64,000 nt of DNA from a bacterium. GTDB taxonomy: Bacteria > Patescibacteriota > Patescibacteriia > UBA1558 > UBA10009. The notes under the pieces were generated by a model. It was given only the letters and a program-made list of their open reading frames with translations, did not search any database and had not been told where the DNA came from. Below are positions 19,770 through 31,700 of the stretch, in pieces (the stretch's first letter is position 1; each line of letters opens with the position of its first letter). Location of the stretch: contig JABHGM010000001.1 in the NCBI GenBank assembly GCA_018672055.1, positions 136,884 to 200,883 of the forward strand, in the 5' to 3' direction. The position numbers were made by a program, and so were the translations under genes.

Positions 19770-21299
19770 ATGAAAAGAATCACTCTCTTCATTATCGCTG
19801 TCTTAGCTATTAGCCAAGCATCTATAACTATTGAACCCAATATAATCATTGATCAGAGTAACAATACTGGTATTGCAACCGTCTGGATTACAAATGCTAA
19901 TGTAGATATTGCTGGAATTCACCTCGGCCTCTATGATACTGAAAATTTCAATCCTATTACAATTACCAATGTCTACGGCGAGATTTTGGAAAATTTAAAC
20001 TGGTTAACCGGCTGGAATGAAAATGAAATAATGACAGTAATGCTTAATCCAAATACACAGTTTCCAACCGGAAACAATCTTCTAATTAATATTGAATTTC
20101 AAGTTGAAGATGCGGCATGTGTTGTATTAATACCTAATCTAGAAATGCCAGCTTTCGTCTCAATGCAATCATTTAATCTGATTACAGATTATATATTCAT
20201 AAATGATGAAAATTGCGAATTAATTTCTGGTTGTACTGACCTATCAGCGCAAAACTATAACGATATCGCTCTCTATAACAACGGCACATGCGAATACGCA
20301 CCAATTATAGAACATATACCAAACCAATGGTTAACACCAAGCGAACCGTTATTGATTGAACTTAATGCCAGTGATGAGGATGATGATGAACTTACTTATT
20401 CAATAAATGATAATGGACTACTGTCAATCTTGCTAGACTCTAACGTTTTAATAATAGATACTTCTCAGTTAAATTGGGGATTCACTGAAGTCACAGTATA
20501 TGTCAGCGATGACACTTATCAAGACCAAGTCACATTCTCTATTATGGAAAACATGGAGTATGAGACTAGTTATGGAGATGTTAATAATGACGGCATTGTT
20601 AATGTAAGTGATATAGTTACAACTATTTCCATAATTTCTGGTCAATTAACCATGACTGAACAGGCAGACATTAACAGCGATGGTATTGTTAATATCATTG
20701 ATGTAGTTCTCCTAGTAGAAATTGTCTTGGGTTATAATCCTGGACGACTTTCTCCGTCGATAATTGACCTCTTACTTGAAGAAGGTTCTCTGAATACTAA
20801 AGCATCTGGTATCGCCGGTTTTCGACTAACAACTAACGTCGAAGATTTCGAAATTACGAATCATCCTGACAACTGGATACTAACACAATACGATAATCAA
20901 TTAATTATGATAAATCTCGATGGTTCAGAATCTGCTGGTAAATTATTTGAATACTCTGGTAAAATAGAAATCGAAGATGTCTTCCTGATCGGCTGGAATG
21001 GTGTTCAAATTGAAACCAATATTATTACTGTACCGAATGATTTTGAGCTATTCCCAGCTTATCCTAATCCTTTCAATCCTCAAACAACCATTGACTTTGA
21101 ATTGGCTTCTGACTCAAATGTCAAAATATCAATCTATAACTTATCCGGTCGTGAAATAGAAACCCTAGAAAATGGTACTAGACAATCCGGTTATTATTCT
21201 ATGACCTGGGATGCCAGTAGTCAAGCTACAGGCGTTTACCTAGTCAGAATGACTGTCGATAACTTTACCACCACACAAAAAGTGATGTTGGTTAAATAA
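19770..21299 (+). CDS. Secreted protein with GCTD repeat, Ig-like domain, dockerin-like EF-hand pair and T9SS/FlgD-type C-terminal sorting domain
   Basis: Signal peptide; GCTDLSAQNYN...GTCEY; GDVNNDGIVNVSDIV and ADINSDGIVNIIDVV; AYPNPFNPQTTI...IYNLSGREI...GVYLVRM...QKVMLVK. Confidence 0.85.
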   Translation: MKRITLFIIAVLAISQASITIEPNIIIDQSNNTGIATVWITNANVDIAGIHLGLYDTENFNPITITNVYGEILENLNWLTGWNENEIMTVMLNPNTQFPTGNNLLINIEFQVEDAACVVLIPNLEMPAFVSMQSFNLITDYIFINDENCELISGCTDLSAQNYNDIALYNNGTCEYAPIIEHIPNQWLTPSEPLLIELNASDEDDDELTYSINDNGLLSILLDSNVLIIDTSQLNWGFTEVTVYVSDDTYQDQVTFSIMENMEYETSYGDVNNDGIVNVSDIVTTISIISGQLTMTEQADINSDGIVNIIDVVLLVEIVLGYNPGRLSPSIIDLLLEEGSLNTKASGIAGFRLTTNVEDFEITNHPDNWILTQYDNQLIMINLDGSESAGKLFEYSGKIEIEDVFLIGWNGVQIETNIITVPNDFELFPAYPNPFNPQTTIDFELASDSNVKISIYNLSGREIETLENGTRQSGYYSMTWDASSQATGVYLVRMTVDNFTTTQKVMLVK

Positions 21300-21318
21300 T
21301 ACTTTTAAAATGTATTAT

Positions 21319-21356
21319 AAAAGGCCTTATGAATTTATTCCTCTAAGGCCTTTTTT
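21319..21356. terminator. Bidirectional terminator
   Basis: AAAAGGCCTTA...TAAGGCCTTTT. Confidence 0.7.
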
Positions 21357-23391
21357 ATTTCTTTAACTTTTTAATCTGATCTCTAATACTAGCTGCTTTT
21401 TCAAATTCTAAATTCTCAGCTACTAATTTCATTTGATTTTCTAAATCATGAATAAGCATAGCTTTTTCTTTTCTAGGTAGTTTTTTCATAGCTTTTTCAT
21501 CAACCTTATTATTCTTAGTAAAGCTATCATCTATTTCCTTTTCAATACCTTTTGGAGTTATCTTATGCTTTATATTATATGCTTCTTGTATTTTTCTTCT
21601 TCTCTTAGTTTCTAAAATAGCTCTTTTCATCGAATTAGTCATTTTATCTGCATACATTATTACCTTACCTTCAACATGTCTGGCTGCTCTACCCATTGTT
21701 TGTATGAGAGCTGTTTCTGATCTTAAAAAGCCTTCTTTATCAGCATCTAATATGGCTACTAATGATACCTCTGGCAAATCTAAACCCTCTCTAAGTAAAT
21801 TAATACCAACTAAAACATCATATTTACCAAGTCTCAAATCTTTAATTATTTCAATCCTATCTAAAGTATCTACTTCTGAGTGTAAATACTGAACTTTAAC
21901 TTTTAAATCATTTAAATAATCAGTAAGTTCTTCTGCTAAACGTTTAGTAAGCGTAGTTACTAAAACTCTTTCCTTTTTATCAGTTCTTAACTTTATTTCA
22001 TTTAATAGATCATCTACTTGATACTTAGATTTTCTTAATTCAATTTCAGGATCAAGTAACCCTGTTGGTCTTATTACTTGTTGCGCAATAGCAGAGCCCT
22101 TCTCTTTTACTTTCTTTTTAAGATCAATGTAATCTACTAAGAGTTTTTGCTTATGATTAACTTCAATTTTTTTAGTTATTATACCCGATCTATCATATTC
22201 ATAACCAGCAGGTGTAGCTGATACATAAATTATCTTATTTACCTTTTTCTCAAACTCTTTAAATTTAAGTGGTCTGTTATCAAGTGCTGATGGTAATCTA
22301 AAACCATATTCAATTAAATTCTCTTTCCTAGCTTTATCTCCTCTATACATTCCATTAATTTGAGGTATGGTCATGTGTGATTCATCAACGAAAAGTAAAA
22401 AATCTTTCGGAAAGTAATCTATTAAGGTTTCAGGTCCAACACCTTCAGCTCTACCAGTTAAATACCTTGAATAATTTTCAATACCATTACAATATCCAAC
22501 ATGATTCATCATTTCTAAATCATGCTTAGTTCTCTCTTCAATACGCTGTGCTTCAATTAATTTATTATTCTTCTTAAAATACTTTATCTGTTTCTTCATG
22601 TCATTCTCAATTTCTTTGTTTACTCTTTTTATTGTAGTTTCTGGTGTTACAAAATGTTTTACTGGGAATAATACAATATTATCTAAAGTCTCTTTTTTTC
22701 TTCGAGTTAAAAAGTTAACTTTGGTTATCTTATCAATTTTATCGCCAAAAAATTCAACCGTTACTATATCTTCACTTGATTCAACTGGAAACACTTCCAC
22801 TGTATCACCTCTTACTCTAAATGTTCCTCTCTTAAATTCAATTTCATTTCTTGTAAATTGTACATTAACTAATTTTTTTAAAAATTCTTGAATACTTATT
22901 TTCTCATTTACTTTTATCTTAACAGAAAGATCTTGATAGAACTCTTTAGAGCCTAAACCATAAATACAAGAAACTGAAGCTACAATAATTACATCTTTTC
23001 TGGATAATAGTGAATTAGTTGAAGCATGTCTTAATCTATCTATCTCTTCATTAATATCTGTTTCCTTTTCAATATATGTATCTGAAGATACAACATATGC
23101 TTCTGGTTGATAGTAGTCATAATAGCTCACAAAATAATGAACTGCATTATCTGGAAAAAATCTCTTAAATTCTGAAGCTAATTGCGCAGCTAATGTCTTA
23201 TTATGTGAGATAACTAATGTTGGTTTCTGATACTTAGCAATAATATTTGCCATAGTAAACGTTTTACCTGAACCAGTTACACCAAGCAATGTTTGATCTT
23301 TATAATTCTTTAAACCACTATTAAGTTTAGCAATTGCCTGAGGCTGATCACCTGTTGGTTTAAATTTAGATTGTAATTTAAACTTATTCAT
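21355..23391 (-). CDS. uvrB: Excinuclease ABC subunit B
   Basis: [49 protein letters not shown]-terminal [14 protein letters not shown]. Confidence 0.98.
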   Translation of the reverse strand: MNKFKLQSKFKPTGDQPQAIAKLNSGLKNYKDQTLLGVTGSGKTFTMANIIAKYQKPTLVISHNKTLAAQLASEFKRFFPDNAVHYFVSYYDYYQPEAYVVSSDTYIEKETDINEEIDRLRHASTNSLLSRKDVIIVASVSCIYGLGSKEFYQDLSVKIKVNEKISIQEFLKKLVNVQFTRNEIEFKRGTFRVRGDTVEVFPVESSEDIVTVEFFGDKIDKITKVNFLTRRKKETLDNIVLFPVKHFVTPETTIKRVNKEIENDMKKQIKYFKKNNKLIEAQRIEERTKHDLEMMNHVGYCNGIENYSRYLTGRAEGVGPETLIDYFPKDFLLFVDESHMTIPQINGMYRGDKARKENLIEYGFRLPSALDNRPLKFKEFEKKVNKIIYVSATPAGYEYDRSGIITKKIEVNHKQKLLVDYIDLKKKVKEKGSAIAQQVIRPTGLLDPEIELRKSKYQVDDLLNEIKLRTDKKERVLVTTLTKRLAEELTDYLNDLKVKVQYLHSEVDTLDRIEIIKDLRLGKYDVLVGINLLREGLDLPEVSLVAILDADKEGFLRSETALIQTMGRAARHVEGKVIMYADKMTNSMKRAILETKRRRKIQEAYNIKHKITPKGIEKEIDDSFTKNNKVDEKAMKKLPRKEKAMLIHDLENQMKLVAENLEFEKAASIRDQIKKLKK

Positions 23392-23487
23392 AAAGTAACA
23401 TTCATATTATCACTATATCTGACATTTATCAATTATATTGATTTTTAATCCTAAACTTGCTAAAGTAATAATAATTAATAATATAAA

Positions 23488-24408
23488 TTGAATAATATGA
23501 ATGAACAATTTGAAGATCAGTCTGAATCACCAGAAACTTTAGCAGAAAAAATGACAGAGGATGGAATACAAAATTTAGGTGAACGATATATTGATATTTT
23601 CTATGAAAAAGCTAGATCAATGTTGAGAGAAGACAAGATAGATCCAGATAACTTTGAATATTACGATAAAGAAATGATAGCTAGAGATAAGAAATATGTA
23701 GAAGAGATGAAATCAATATTTTCAGAATCCAATACTAAAGAAGAAAAAATTTCACTAAAATTTGCTACTGTTTTAGAAGCTATCATTGATCAACATACTA
23801 CTCTTAGCAATTGGCTTGGTGAAAGGGCTCATTCTAGACAAGCAAGTGATTTTGATAATTACAAAAATGGTATTGATACAATTGTTGAATTTGAAACAGA
23901 ACAACCAGAATCAACCTCACATTTAGGACTAGCTATGGACGTTACTTTCTCAAATAACTTATCAAAAAAAATTAGCCGCATAAAAGATGAGATTGATAAG
24001 GATGAATTACCAGAAATAAAATACTTTGAATCAGAAATTGAAGACTCTATTAGTTCTCAAGGCAGGGTTAGGGATCTTCCACGTGTTATTATTGCTTTTG
24101 ATACAAAATCTTTATCAGAACTTGCAGCTCTTTGGATTCAAGGTAAAAATAGTGAACTAGGTAATCATCCTGCTCAGATACTAATAATTGAAGAAATACT
24201 TCTTCAATTAAAAACATACAGAGAATATGCTCAAGCAAATAATCAACGTAAAATTGTTAGACGATATGATCGATCAATTAGTATTGTTGAAAGCATTAAA
24301 CTCGAAAAAGAAGAACTATATTTAGAAACTCAAAAAAAACACGGTCAATCACATAAAGATAACCCTGCATTTATTAATCTGCAAAAGAATTTAAAAATAT
24401 TTAGATAA
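23488..24408 (+). CDS. Hypothetical protein (possible PD-(D/E)xK-like fold)
   Basis: 306 aa soluble ORF; GIDTIVEF...LAMDVT pattern; start may be the ATG at 23497. Confidence 0.6.
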   Translation: MNNMNEQFEDQSESPETLAEKMTEDGIQNLGERYIDIFYEKARSMLREDKIDPDNFEYYDKEMIARDKKYVEEMKSIFSESNTKEEKISLKFATVLEAIIDQHTTLSNWLGERAHSRQASDFDNYKNGIDTIVEFETEQPESTSHLGLAMDVTFSNNLSKKISRIKDEIDKDELPEIKYFESEIEDSISSQGRVRDLPRVIIAFDTKSLSELAALWIQGKNSELGNHPAQILIIEEILLQLKTYREYAQANNQRKIVRRYDRSISIVESIKLEKEELYLETQKKHGQSHKDNPAFINLQKNLKIFR

Positions 24409-24488
24409 AATCACTAAAATTACTATAATATTTATTTAGTAATTTTTTGATTGATTTTTTGCTCTAAATTTGCTACTTTTTATATACT

Positions 24489-25070
24489 ATGATTTCTTAC
24501 TTAAAAGGCAAAATATTACATATAAAAAGCAGTTACTTGATACTTGAGGTTAATAACATTGGTTATCAAGTATTTTTTAATAATAATGCTCTAAATAGCT
24601 TAAATGAGGGTGATGATATTAAAATATATACTCATCATCAAATAAAAGAAGATCTTGATGATCTGTATGGTTTTTTAACTCTACCTGAACTTGAGCTCTT
24701 TAAGCTTGTTATCTCTATTTCTGGAGTGGGTCCCAAAAGTGGTTTAAATGTTTTAGCTACAGCTACTGTTGAAGAGATTATTCAAGCTATACTTTCAGAA
24801 AATCCTGAACTCTTGAAATCAGCATCTGGTATTGGTATTAAAACTGCTGAAAGATTAGTTATTGAACTAAAATCTAAAATAGGTAAACTGGGTAAAGAAT
24901 TAACTGGTAAAGATATAAAAGTCATGTCTGCAGATAATGAAGTGATTGAAGCTTTAATTAGTTTAGGTTATTCAAGGAATGAAGTGATGGTGGCTGTTCG
25001 TGGAATAGATAAAGATATTAAAGATATATCTGAAAAGATAAAAGCTGCTTTAAAAATCTTAGGCAAATAA
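24489..25070 (+). CDS. ruvA: Holliday junction branch migration protein RuvA
   Basis: MISYLKG, LYGF, ISGVGPK, GIGIKTAERLVIELK, EALISLGY. Confidence 0.96.
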   Translation: MISYLKGKILHIKSSYLILEVNNIGYQVFFNNNALNSLNEGDDIKIYTHHQIKEDLDDLYGFLTLPELELFKLVISISGVGPKSGLNVLATATVEEIIQAILSENPELLKSASGIGIKTAERLVIELKSKIGKLGKELTGKDIKVMSADNEVIEALISLGYSRNEVMVAVRGIDKDIKDISEKIKAALKILGK

Positions 25071-26054
25071 ATGGAAGTAAGATTAATAGAAAAAAAAGAG
25101 TTAGATAACTTTTTAAAAAGTACGTCTCATGCTCAAATATTACAATCATGGGATTGGGGCGAATTTCAAAAAAAAGTAGGACACCAAGTATGGCGCTTTG
25201 GTGTTTTTAATAATGATGAATTAATTGCTTCTGCTCAAATTATAGAACATAAATTAAAACTTAATTTAAGCTATATCTATTGCCCTCGAGGACCTATGTT
25301 GGGTAGTAATATAGAAGATAAAGATAAAATACTTAAATTAATTCTAAGTAAAGCTCGTGATATAGCAATTACAACTCAAAAACAAGAAGAAATATTTTTT
25401 AGATTTGAACCAACTTTTAATTTTAAAATAAAGGCTACTAAAACTAAATCAGTTCAACCAAGCGATACTGTAATAATCAATCTAGCTAAAAGTGAAGAAG
25501 AATTATTAAAAAGTTTTCATCAAAAAACTAGATACAATATTAAAGTAGCTTCAAAACATAATATTAAGGTAGAAGAATATGATAATTCTAATTTTGAAAG
25601 AATTTGGGCTATCTTTGATAAGACAGCTAAGCGCGATAACTTTAATTTACATAAAAAAGAATATTACCAACAGATGGTTAAACAATCCGAGATTATTAAA
25701 ATATATGTTGCCTATCATCAAGCAATACCAGTTGCTGTAGCTCTCTGTGGTATAACTGGTGATACTATTACCTACTTACATGGAGCTTCAAATTATGAAT
25801 TCAGAAAATTAATGGCACCTCATGCTCTACATTGGGAGATAATACAACAAAGTAAAAAACAAGGATTTAAATACTATGATTTACATGGTATTACTATGAG
25901 TAAAAAATCAAATCATCCCTGGTCTGGCTTTACTCGATTTAAAAAAGGTTTTAATGGTGAAATAACTAATTATCCAGGTACATATGACTTTATTTATTCT
26001 CATACATGGTATATGATATATAAAATTTTTAGATTATTAAATAAACTAAGATGA
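25071..26054 (+). CDS. FemAB/FemX-family peptidoglycan bridge peptidyltransferase
   Basis: LQSWDWGEF, YCPRGP, KTRYNI, YLHGAS, YDLHG, GFTRFKKGFNG. Confidence 0.9.
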   Translation: MEVRLIEKKELDNFLKSTSHAQILQSWDWGEFQKKVGHQVWRFGVFNNDELIASAQIIEHKLKLNLSYIYCPRGPMLGSNIEDKDKILKLILSKARDIAITTQKQEEIFFRFEPTFNFKIKATKTKSVQPSDTVIINLAKSEEELLKSFHQKTRYNIKVASKHNIKVEEYDNSNFERIWAIFDKTAKRDNFNLHKKEYYQQMVKQSEIIKIYVAYHQAIPVAVALCGITGDTITYLHGASNYEFRKLMAPHALHWEIIQQSKKQGFKYYDLHGITMSKKSNHPWSGFTRFKKGFNGEITNYPGTYDFIYSHTWYMIYKIFRLLNKLR

Positions 26055-26767
26055 TTAAAAAAGTAGTAGTAGCTGCTGCTGGTCGTGGCACACGCATGCT
26101 ACATTTAAGCGCAAATAAACCAAAACATTTAATAAAAGTAAATGGTAAGCCTTTTTTATACTATCTAATGAATAATTTAAAAAAGGCCGGACTCACTGAA
26201 ATCTATATGATTATTGGATATAAGAAAAGAATGATTGAAAAATTCTTAACAGAGTATAAAGATGAATTCAATATTACAGTTATTAATCAATTTGATGAAT
26301 TAGGTGATAAATATGGTACTGCCTGCCCTATTGAATGTGTTAAAGATTTAATAAAAGAAAATTTCATCTCTGTAAATGGTGATAACCTCTATTCAGTTCA
26401 TGATTTAAAAAGAATGATGATTGATGACGACTTTAACTATATTGCTGGAATTAAAGTTCAGGATCCTCAAAAATATGGTGTACTAATTAGAGATGGTGAT
26501 GACTATTTAGATAGTATAAATGAAAAACCAGAAAATTACGTAGGTAATTTAATTAATACCGGACTCTTTAAATTGACCCCTAATGTATTTTCAAAATTAC
26601 CTGACCTAAAAAAATCCTCTCGTGATGAATATGAATTTACTGATATAATTACAATGCTAGCACAAGAAAAAAAAGTAAAGATAAAAGAAATAGCTGATTA
26701 CTGGTTAGATTTAGGAAAACCTAGCGACGTTAAAAAAATAGAATACTTTTTAAACAATAATAAATAA
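26051..26767 (+). CDS. Sugar-phosphate nucleotidyltransferase
   Basis: AAGRGTRM...KPKHL, NGDN, EKP, WLDLGKP. Confidence 0.88.
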   Translation: MIKKVVVAAAGRGTRMLHLSANKPKHLIKVNGKPFLYYLMNNLKKAGLTEIYMIIGYKKRMIEKFLTEYKDEFNITVINQFDELGDKYGTACPIECVKDLIKENFISVNGDNLYSVHDLKRMMIDDDFNYIAGIKVQDPQKYGVLIRDGDDYLDSINEKPENYVGNLINTGLFKLTPNVFSKLPDLKKSSRDEYEFTDIITMLAQEKKVKIKEIADYWLDLGKPSDVKKIEYFLNNNK

Positions 26768-26771
26768 AAAT

Positions 26772-27119
26772 ATGAGATCATATCACAAAAGATTAGAACA
26801 ATATAAAAGTAGAGGTATTTCACATAAAGAAAAGCTAGCAGATAATATATCTAACTGGTCTGGCTCATGGAATTTTTTAATCCTACATATTATTTGGTTT
26901 ACAATCTGGATCGGCTTAAAACTAGAAGTAAATGTTTTAACATTAATTGTTTCACTCGAAGCTATTATCTTAATGAGCATACTTTTAATGACTCAAACCA
27001 GACAAGCTAAAAAAGATGATCTTAGAGATGAAGCTGATTACCAAGCTGATAAAAATAGTGAATTAGAAATAAATGAAATTAAAAAAATAGTAGATGAAAT
27101 AAATAGAAAATTAAAATAA
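26772..27119 (+). CDS. DUF1003-like membrane protein
   Basis: LADNIS.WSGSW.F, LTLIVSLEAI.LMSILLMTQ.RQ..KD. Confidence 0.8.
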   Translation: MRSYHKRLEQYKSRGISHKEKLADNISNWSGSWNFLILHIIWFTIWIGLKLEVNVLTLIVSLEAIILMSILLMTQTRQAKKDDLRDEADYQADKNSELEINEIKKIVDEINRKLK

Positions 27120-28406
27120 ATGTTAAAATCTATTTTAAAAAAAATAATCCCTACCTGGATAATTAGCTGGTATCATAAAATACTAGCTTATTTAGCTATG
27201 ATAATTTATCTTAATCCTTCATCTAAGCTAATAATAATAGGGGTAACAGGTACTAATGGTAAATCAACGGTAGTTAATTTAATTGGTGAAATATTAAACA
27301 AAGCAGGTCATAAAACTGGCTGGACCTCTACTACTAATTTTAGTATAGGAGACAAGAGCTGGTTAAATGATAAAAAGATGACTATGCTTGGACGTTTTCA
27401 AACACAAAGTTTTTTGAAAAAATGTCTTAAAGAAAAATGTAAATATGTAGTTATTGAAACTTCCTCAGAAGGCATTAAACAGTCAAGACATTTAGGAATT
27501 AATTATGATATTGCTCTTTTTACTAATTTAACACCAGAGCATATTGAATCACATGGTTCATTTGAAAAATATAAAGAAGCTAAAGGTAAATTATTTAAAC
27601 ATCTCTCATCAAGAAAAAGAAAATCTATTGATAAAACTATCATAGTAAATAGTGATGACTTAAATGCTGATTACTTTCTTTCATTTAAAGCAGAGCGTAA
27701 GATAACTTTTTCAATTAATAATAATTCTGAATTTAAAGCAAAAAATATTGAACTTACTTCTAATGGTACTATCTTTAATCTTGAGCAAGAAACATTTAAA
27801 ACAAATTTGCTTGGCAATGTAAATGTATATAATTGTTTAGCTACTATTTCAGTTTGTAAAATATTAAAAGTTGATGATCAAAAAATACGTGAAGCTCTTT
27901 TAAAATATAAAGGAGTGCCTGGACGTTTTGAATTTATTAATGAAGGTCAAAATTTTAAAGTTATGGTTGACTATGCTCCTGAAATAGAATCAATGAAAAA
28001 ACTATATGAAACAGTTAAACTATTTAAGTATAATAAAATAATTCATGTGCTTGGTTCTTGTGGTGGTGGTAGAGATTTAGCTAGAAGACCTGTGCTAGGC
28101 AAACTGGCAGCTACAAACGCTGATTACGTAATCATAACCAATGAAGATCCTTATAATGATGATCCAATAGAAATTATTAATCAAGTTTCTCTAGGTGCTG
28201 AAAATAATGGTAAAGTCTTAAATCAAAACTTATTCAAAATAATAGACAGAAATGAAGCAATTAAGAAAGCCCTATCCCTTGCCTCTCCAAATGATTTAGT
28301 CTTAATTACAGGCAAAGGCTCAGAACAAGCAATCTGTCTAGAACATGGCAAAAAAATGCCTTGGGATGATAGAAAAATAGTTAAAGAATTACTTTCATCC
28401 AAATAA
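27120..28406 (+). CDS. murE: UDP-MurNAc-tripeptide synthetase (MurE family)
   Basis: GVTGTNGKST, ETSS, FTNLTPEH, GVPGRFE, VDYA, GGGRD, GKG.E. Confidence 0.88.
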   Translation: MLKSILKKIIPTWIISWYHKILAYLAMIIYLNPSSKLIIIGVTGTNGKSTVVNLIGEILNKAGHKTGWTSTTNFSIGDKSWLNDKKMTMLGRFQTQSFLKKCLKEKCKYVVIETSSEGIKQSRHLGINYDIALFTNLTPEHIESHGSFEKYKEAKGKLFKHLSSRKRKSIDKTIIVNSDDLNADYFLSFKAERKITFSINNNSEFKAKNIELTSNGTIFNLEQETFKTNLLGNVNVYNCLATISVCKILKVDDQKIREALLKYKGVPGRFEFINEGQNFKVMVDYAPEIESMKKLYETVKLFKYNKIIHVLGSCGGGRDLARRPVLGKLAATNADYVIITNEDPYNDDPIEIINQVSLGAENNGKVLNQNLFKIIDRNEAIKKALSLASPNDLVLITGKGSEQAICLEHGKKMPWDDRKIVKELLSSK

Positions 28407-28407
28407 C

Positions 28408-28515
28408 TGTGGATAACTTAGTGTATAAACTACTAATTTTGAGCTAAATTTAGCTTAATTTTTTTAATTTCTTGACTTTTTATCAAATTTAGTATATTTT
28501 CAGCGCTGTGGATAA
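28408..28515 (-). promoter_or_regulatory. Cluster of DnaA-box-like motifs
   Basis: TGTGGATAA (= TTATCCACA) at 28408-28416 and 28507-28515; near-match AGTGTATAA at 28420-28428. Confidence 0.55.
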
Positions 28516-28569
28516 ATCCATTGTTCTTACCTAATATTAGGCAAATAACTACCTGTTCAAGATAAGTCC

Positions 28570-28598
28570 TTGACAAAAGTAAAAAAATGATGTATTAT
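28570..28598 (+). promoter_or_regulatory. rpoBC promoter
   Basis: TTGACA (28570-75), 17 nt, TATTAT (28593-98). Confidence 0.7.
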
Positions 28599-28705
28599 CC
28601 TCTTATGTTTTTGCGCCCAACTGTGTAAAAAATCTCGATTCTGTCACCCCTCATACCTCTAGGGTGGCTTTTTAAATGCCTAAAAATCAATAATTTTAAT
28701 ATTTT

Positions 28706-31700
28706 ATGCCTCAAGCACCCGAGAGAAAATATTTTACTGATACTAAGACCACTCAAGAGCTACCTGATTTAATCGAAATTCAAAAAAGTTCTTATGATTG
28801 GTTCCTGCAAAATGGATTAAAAGAGCTTTTAGAAGAAATTTCACCTATCCAAGATTTTATTGGTCGTGATTTAGAATTGCACTTTGTTGATCATTATTTA
28901 GATGAACCTAAATTTGATGAAGTTACTTCAAAAGCTAAAAATATTACTTACGATGCTCCGCTTCGTGTAAAAGTAAAACTTTCAAATAAAAAAACTGGTG
29001 AATCTAAGTCTCAAGAAATATACTTAGGTGATTTTCCATTAATGACTCAAAGAGGAACCTTTATCATTAATGGTGTTGAAAGAGTTGTAGTCTCCCAATT
29101 AATTAGATCTGCGGGAGTCTTTTTTAGTTCTGAGAACTATCGTGGTAAAAGACTTTACGGTGCTAAGATAATTCCTAATCGTGGAGCATGGCTTGAATTT
29201 GAAACTGATGCTAACCATATTATTTATGTAAAGATAGATCGTAAAAGAAAAGTTGCTGCTACTTCATTACTTCGTGCTTTTGGTTACTCCACTGACGAAG
29301 AAATACTTGAACTCTTTAAAGATGTAGACAACTTACCAGAATATAGTTTTATACAAAATACTTTAGCTAAAGATATTGCCCATAATATGGATGAAGGTCT
29401 TATTGAAATATATAAAAGAATTAGACCAGGTGACTTAGCTACTGCAGATAATGCAAAATCTTTAATCTATGCTATGTTTTTTAACTTTGATAGGTATGAC
29501 TTTGGTGTTGTTGGAAGATATAAGTTAAATAAAAAATTTGATCAAGATTTAGAAATAAATAAAGAAACTAGAGTTTTAACTAAAGAAGATATTGTTAAAG
29601 TTTTAAGAGAAGTTATACGTTTAAATATTACTCAAGAAGAAGCTGATGATATTGATCACTTAGGAAATCGTAGAATTAGAGCTATTGGTGAACTTGTTCA
29701 AAATAAATTTAGAGTAGGGCTTGCTAGACTCGAAAGAATAGTTAAAGACAGAATGAGTACCATGGATATTAATGCTTTAACTCCTAACATGTTAATTAAT
29801 GCTCGCCCTGTAATTGGTACTATTAAAGAATTCTTTATGAGTTCTCAATTATCTCAATTCATGGATCAGACTAACCCTCTAGCAGAATTAGAACATAAGC
29901 GTAGATTATCTGCTATGGGTCCTGGAGGATTATCAAGAGAACGTGCTGGTTTTGAAGTTCGTGATGTTCATAGAACTCATTACGGACGTATTTGCCCTAT
30001 TGCTACTCCTGAAGGACCAAATATTGGTTTAGTTGGACATCTTTCATGTTACGCTAAAGTTAATGAATATGGTTTTATTGAAACTCCTTTTAGAAAAGTC
30101 TTACATGATATACCTAACAATCCTAAAATAACTTTAGATAAAATTGCCAGAGAAGATATAATTGATCCTGAATCAAAGAAAACTATTGTTTCTAAAGACG
30201 ATGTAATTGACAAGAAAAAAGCTGAAACTCTTAAAAAATATTCTGATATTAAAACTATTCCTATTAAACCAGTTGCTACTAAAGAAATCGAATATTTAAA
30301 TGCTTTTACCGAAGAACAGGCCGTTACAACTGCAGCCACAACTCCTCTTGATGAAAATGGGCATTTTATAAAAGACTATGCTGAAATGAGAATTCACGGT
30401 ACTCCTTCTTATGATAGTGTAAATAAAATTGATTATATGGATGTAGCACCTAATCAGATTATTTCTGTAGCTACTTCCTTGATTCCTTTCTTGGAACATG
30501 ATGATGCTGTTCGTGCTTTAATGGGAACAAACATGCAACGTCAAGCCGTCTCTGTTATTAGACCTGATTCCCCTATTATCGGTACAGGTATTGAATACAG
30601 AGCTGCTAAAGATTCTGGACAAGTTATTGTAGCTAATGAAGACGGTGAAGTTACAAGTGTTCAAAGTAATAAGATAACTATTAAAACTAAAAATAAAGAA
30701 CGTGAATATAGTTTAGGTAAATTTGTTCGTTCTAATGCTTCAACTTGCATGAATCAACGTCCTTTAGTAAATAAAGGTGAAAAAGTTAACAAAGGTGATA
30801 TTATTGCTGATGGTGCTGCTACTGATAAAGGCGAACTTGCTCTTGGTCAAAACTTAACTGTTGCTTTCATGACTTGGGAAGGTGGTAATTATGAAGATGC
30901 TATTTTAATTTCTGAACGCGTAGTACAACAAGATCGTTTCTCTTCAATTCATATTGAAGATTATTCAATTGATATTCGTGATACTAAGCTTGGACCAGAA
31001 GTAGTAACTCGTGATATTCCAAATGTTGGTGAAGAAAAATTAAAAGATTTAGATGAAGAAGGTATTATACGTATTGGTGCTCATGTAACTTCCGGTGATA
31101 TTTTAGTTGGTAAGATTACACCTAAAGGTGAAACTGAACTTAGTGCTGAAGAAAAATTACTTAGAGCAATCTTCGGAGAAAAAGCCAAAGATGTTAGAGA
31201 TAGCTCATTGTACTTAGAACATGGTGAACGTGGTAAAGTTATTGATGTTAAAATATTTTCTCGTAAAAATGGTGATAAATTACAATCAGGTGTTATTAAA
31301 TCAATCCAAGTTACTGTAGCTCAACTAAGAAAAATTCAACCTGGTGATAAATTAGCTGGTCGTCATGGTAATAAAGGTGTTATTTCAAGAATAGTACCAG
31401 TAGAAAATTTACCGTTTTTAGCAGACGGTACTCCTGTAGACATTATTCTAAATCCTCTTGGGGTTATTTCTCGTATGAACTTAGGTCAACTTTTAGAAAC
31501 TCATTTAGGTATTGCTGCTCGTACTCTAGGTTACAAAGTAGCTACTCCAGCTCTTAACGGCGTACCTGGTAAATTTATTAAAGAAGAATTAGAAAAAGCA
31601 GGACATACTCCAGATGGTAAAGCTCAATTATATGATGGTAGAACTGGTGAGCCTTTTAATAAAAAGACAACTGTTGGTGTTATTTATATGCTTAAATTAA

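Noticed and set aside
28407-28705. Replication origin
   Set aside because: Only 2-3 DnaA boxes, no dnaA/dnaN nearby and no switch in gene orientation; kept only as a regulatory candidate.
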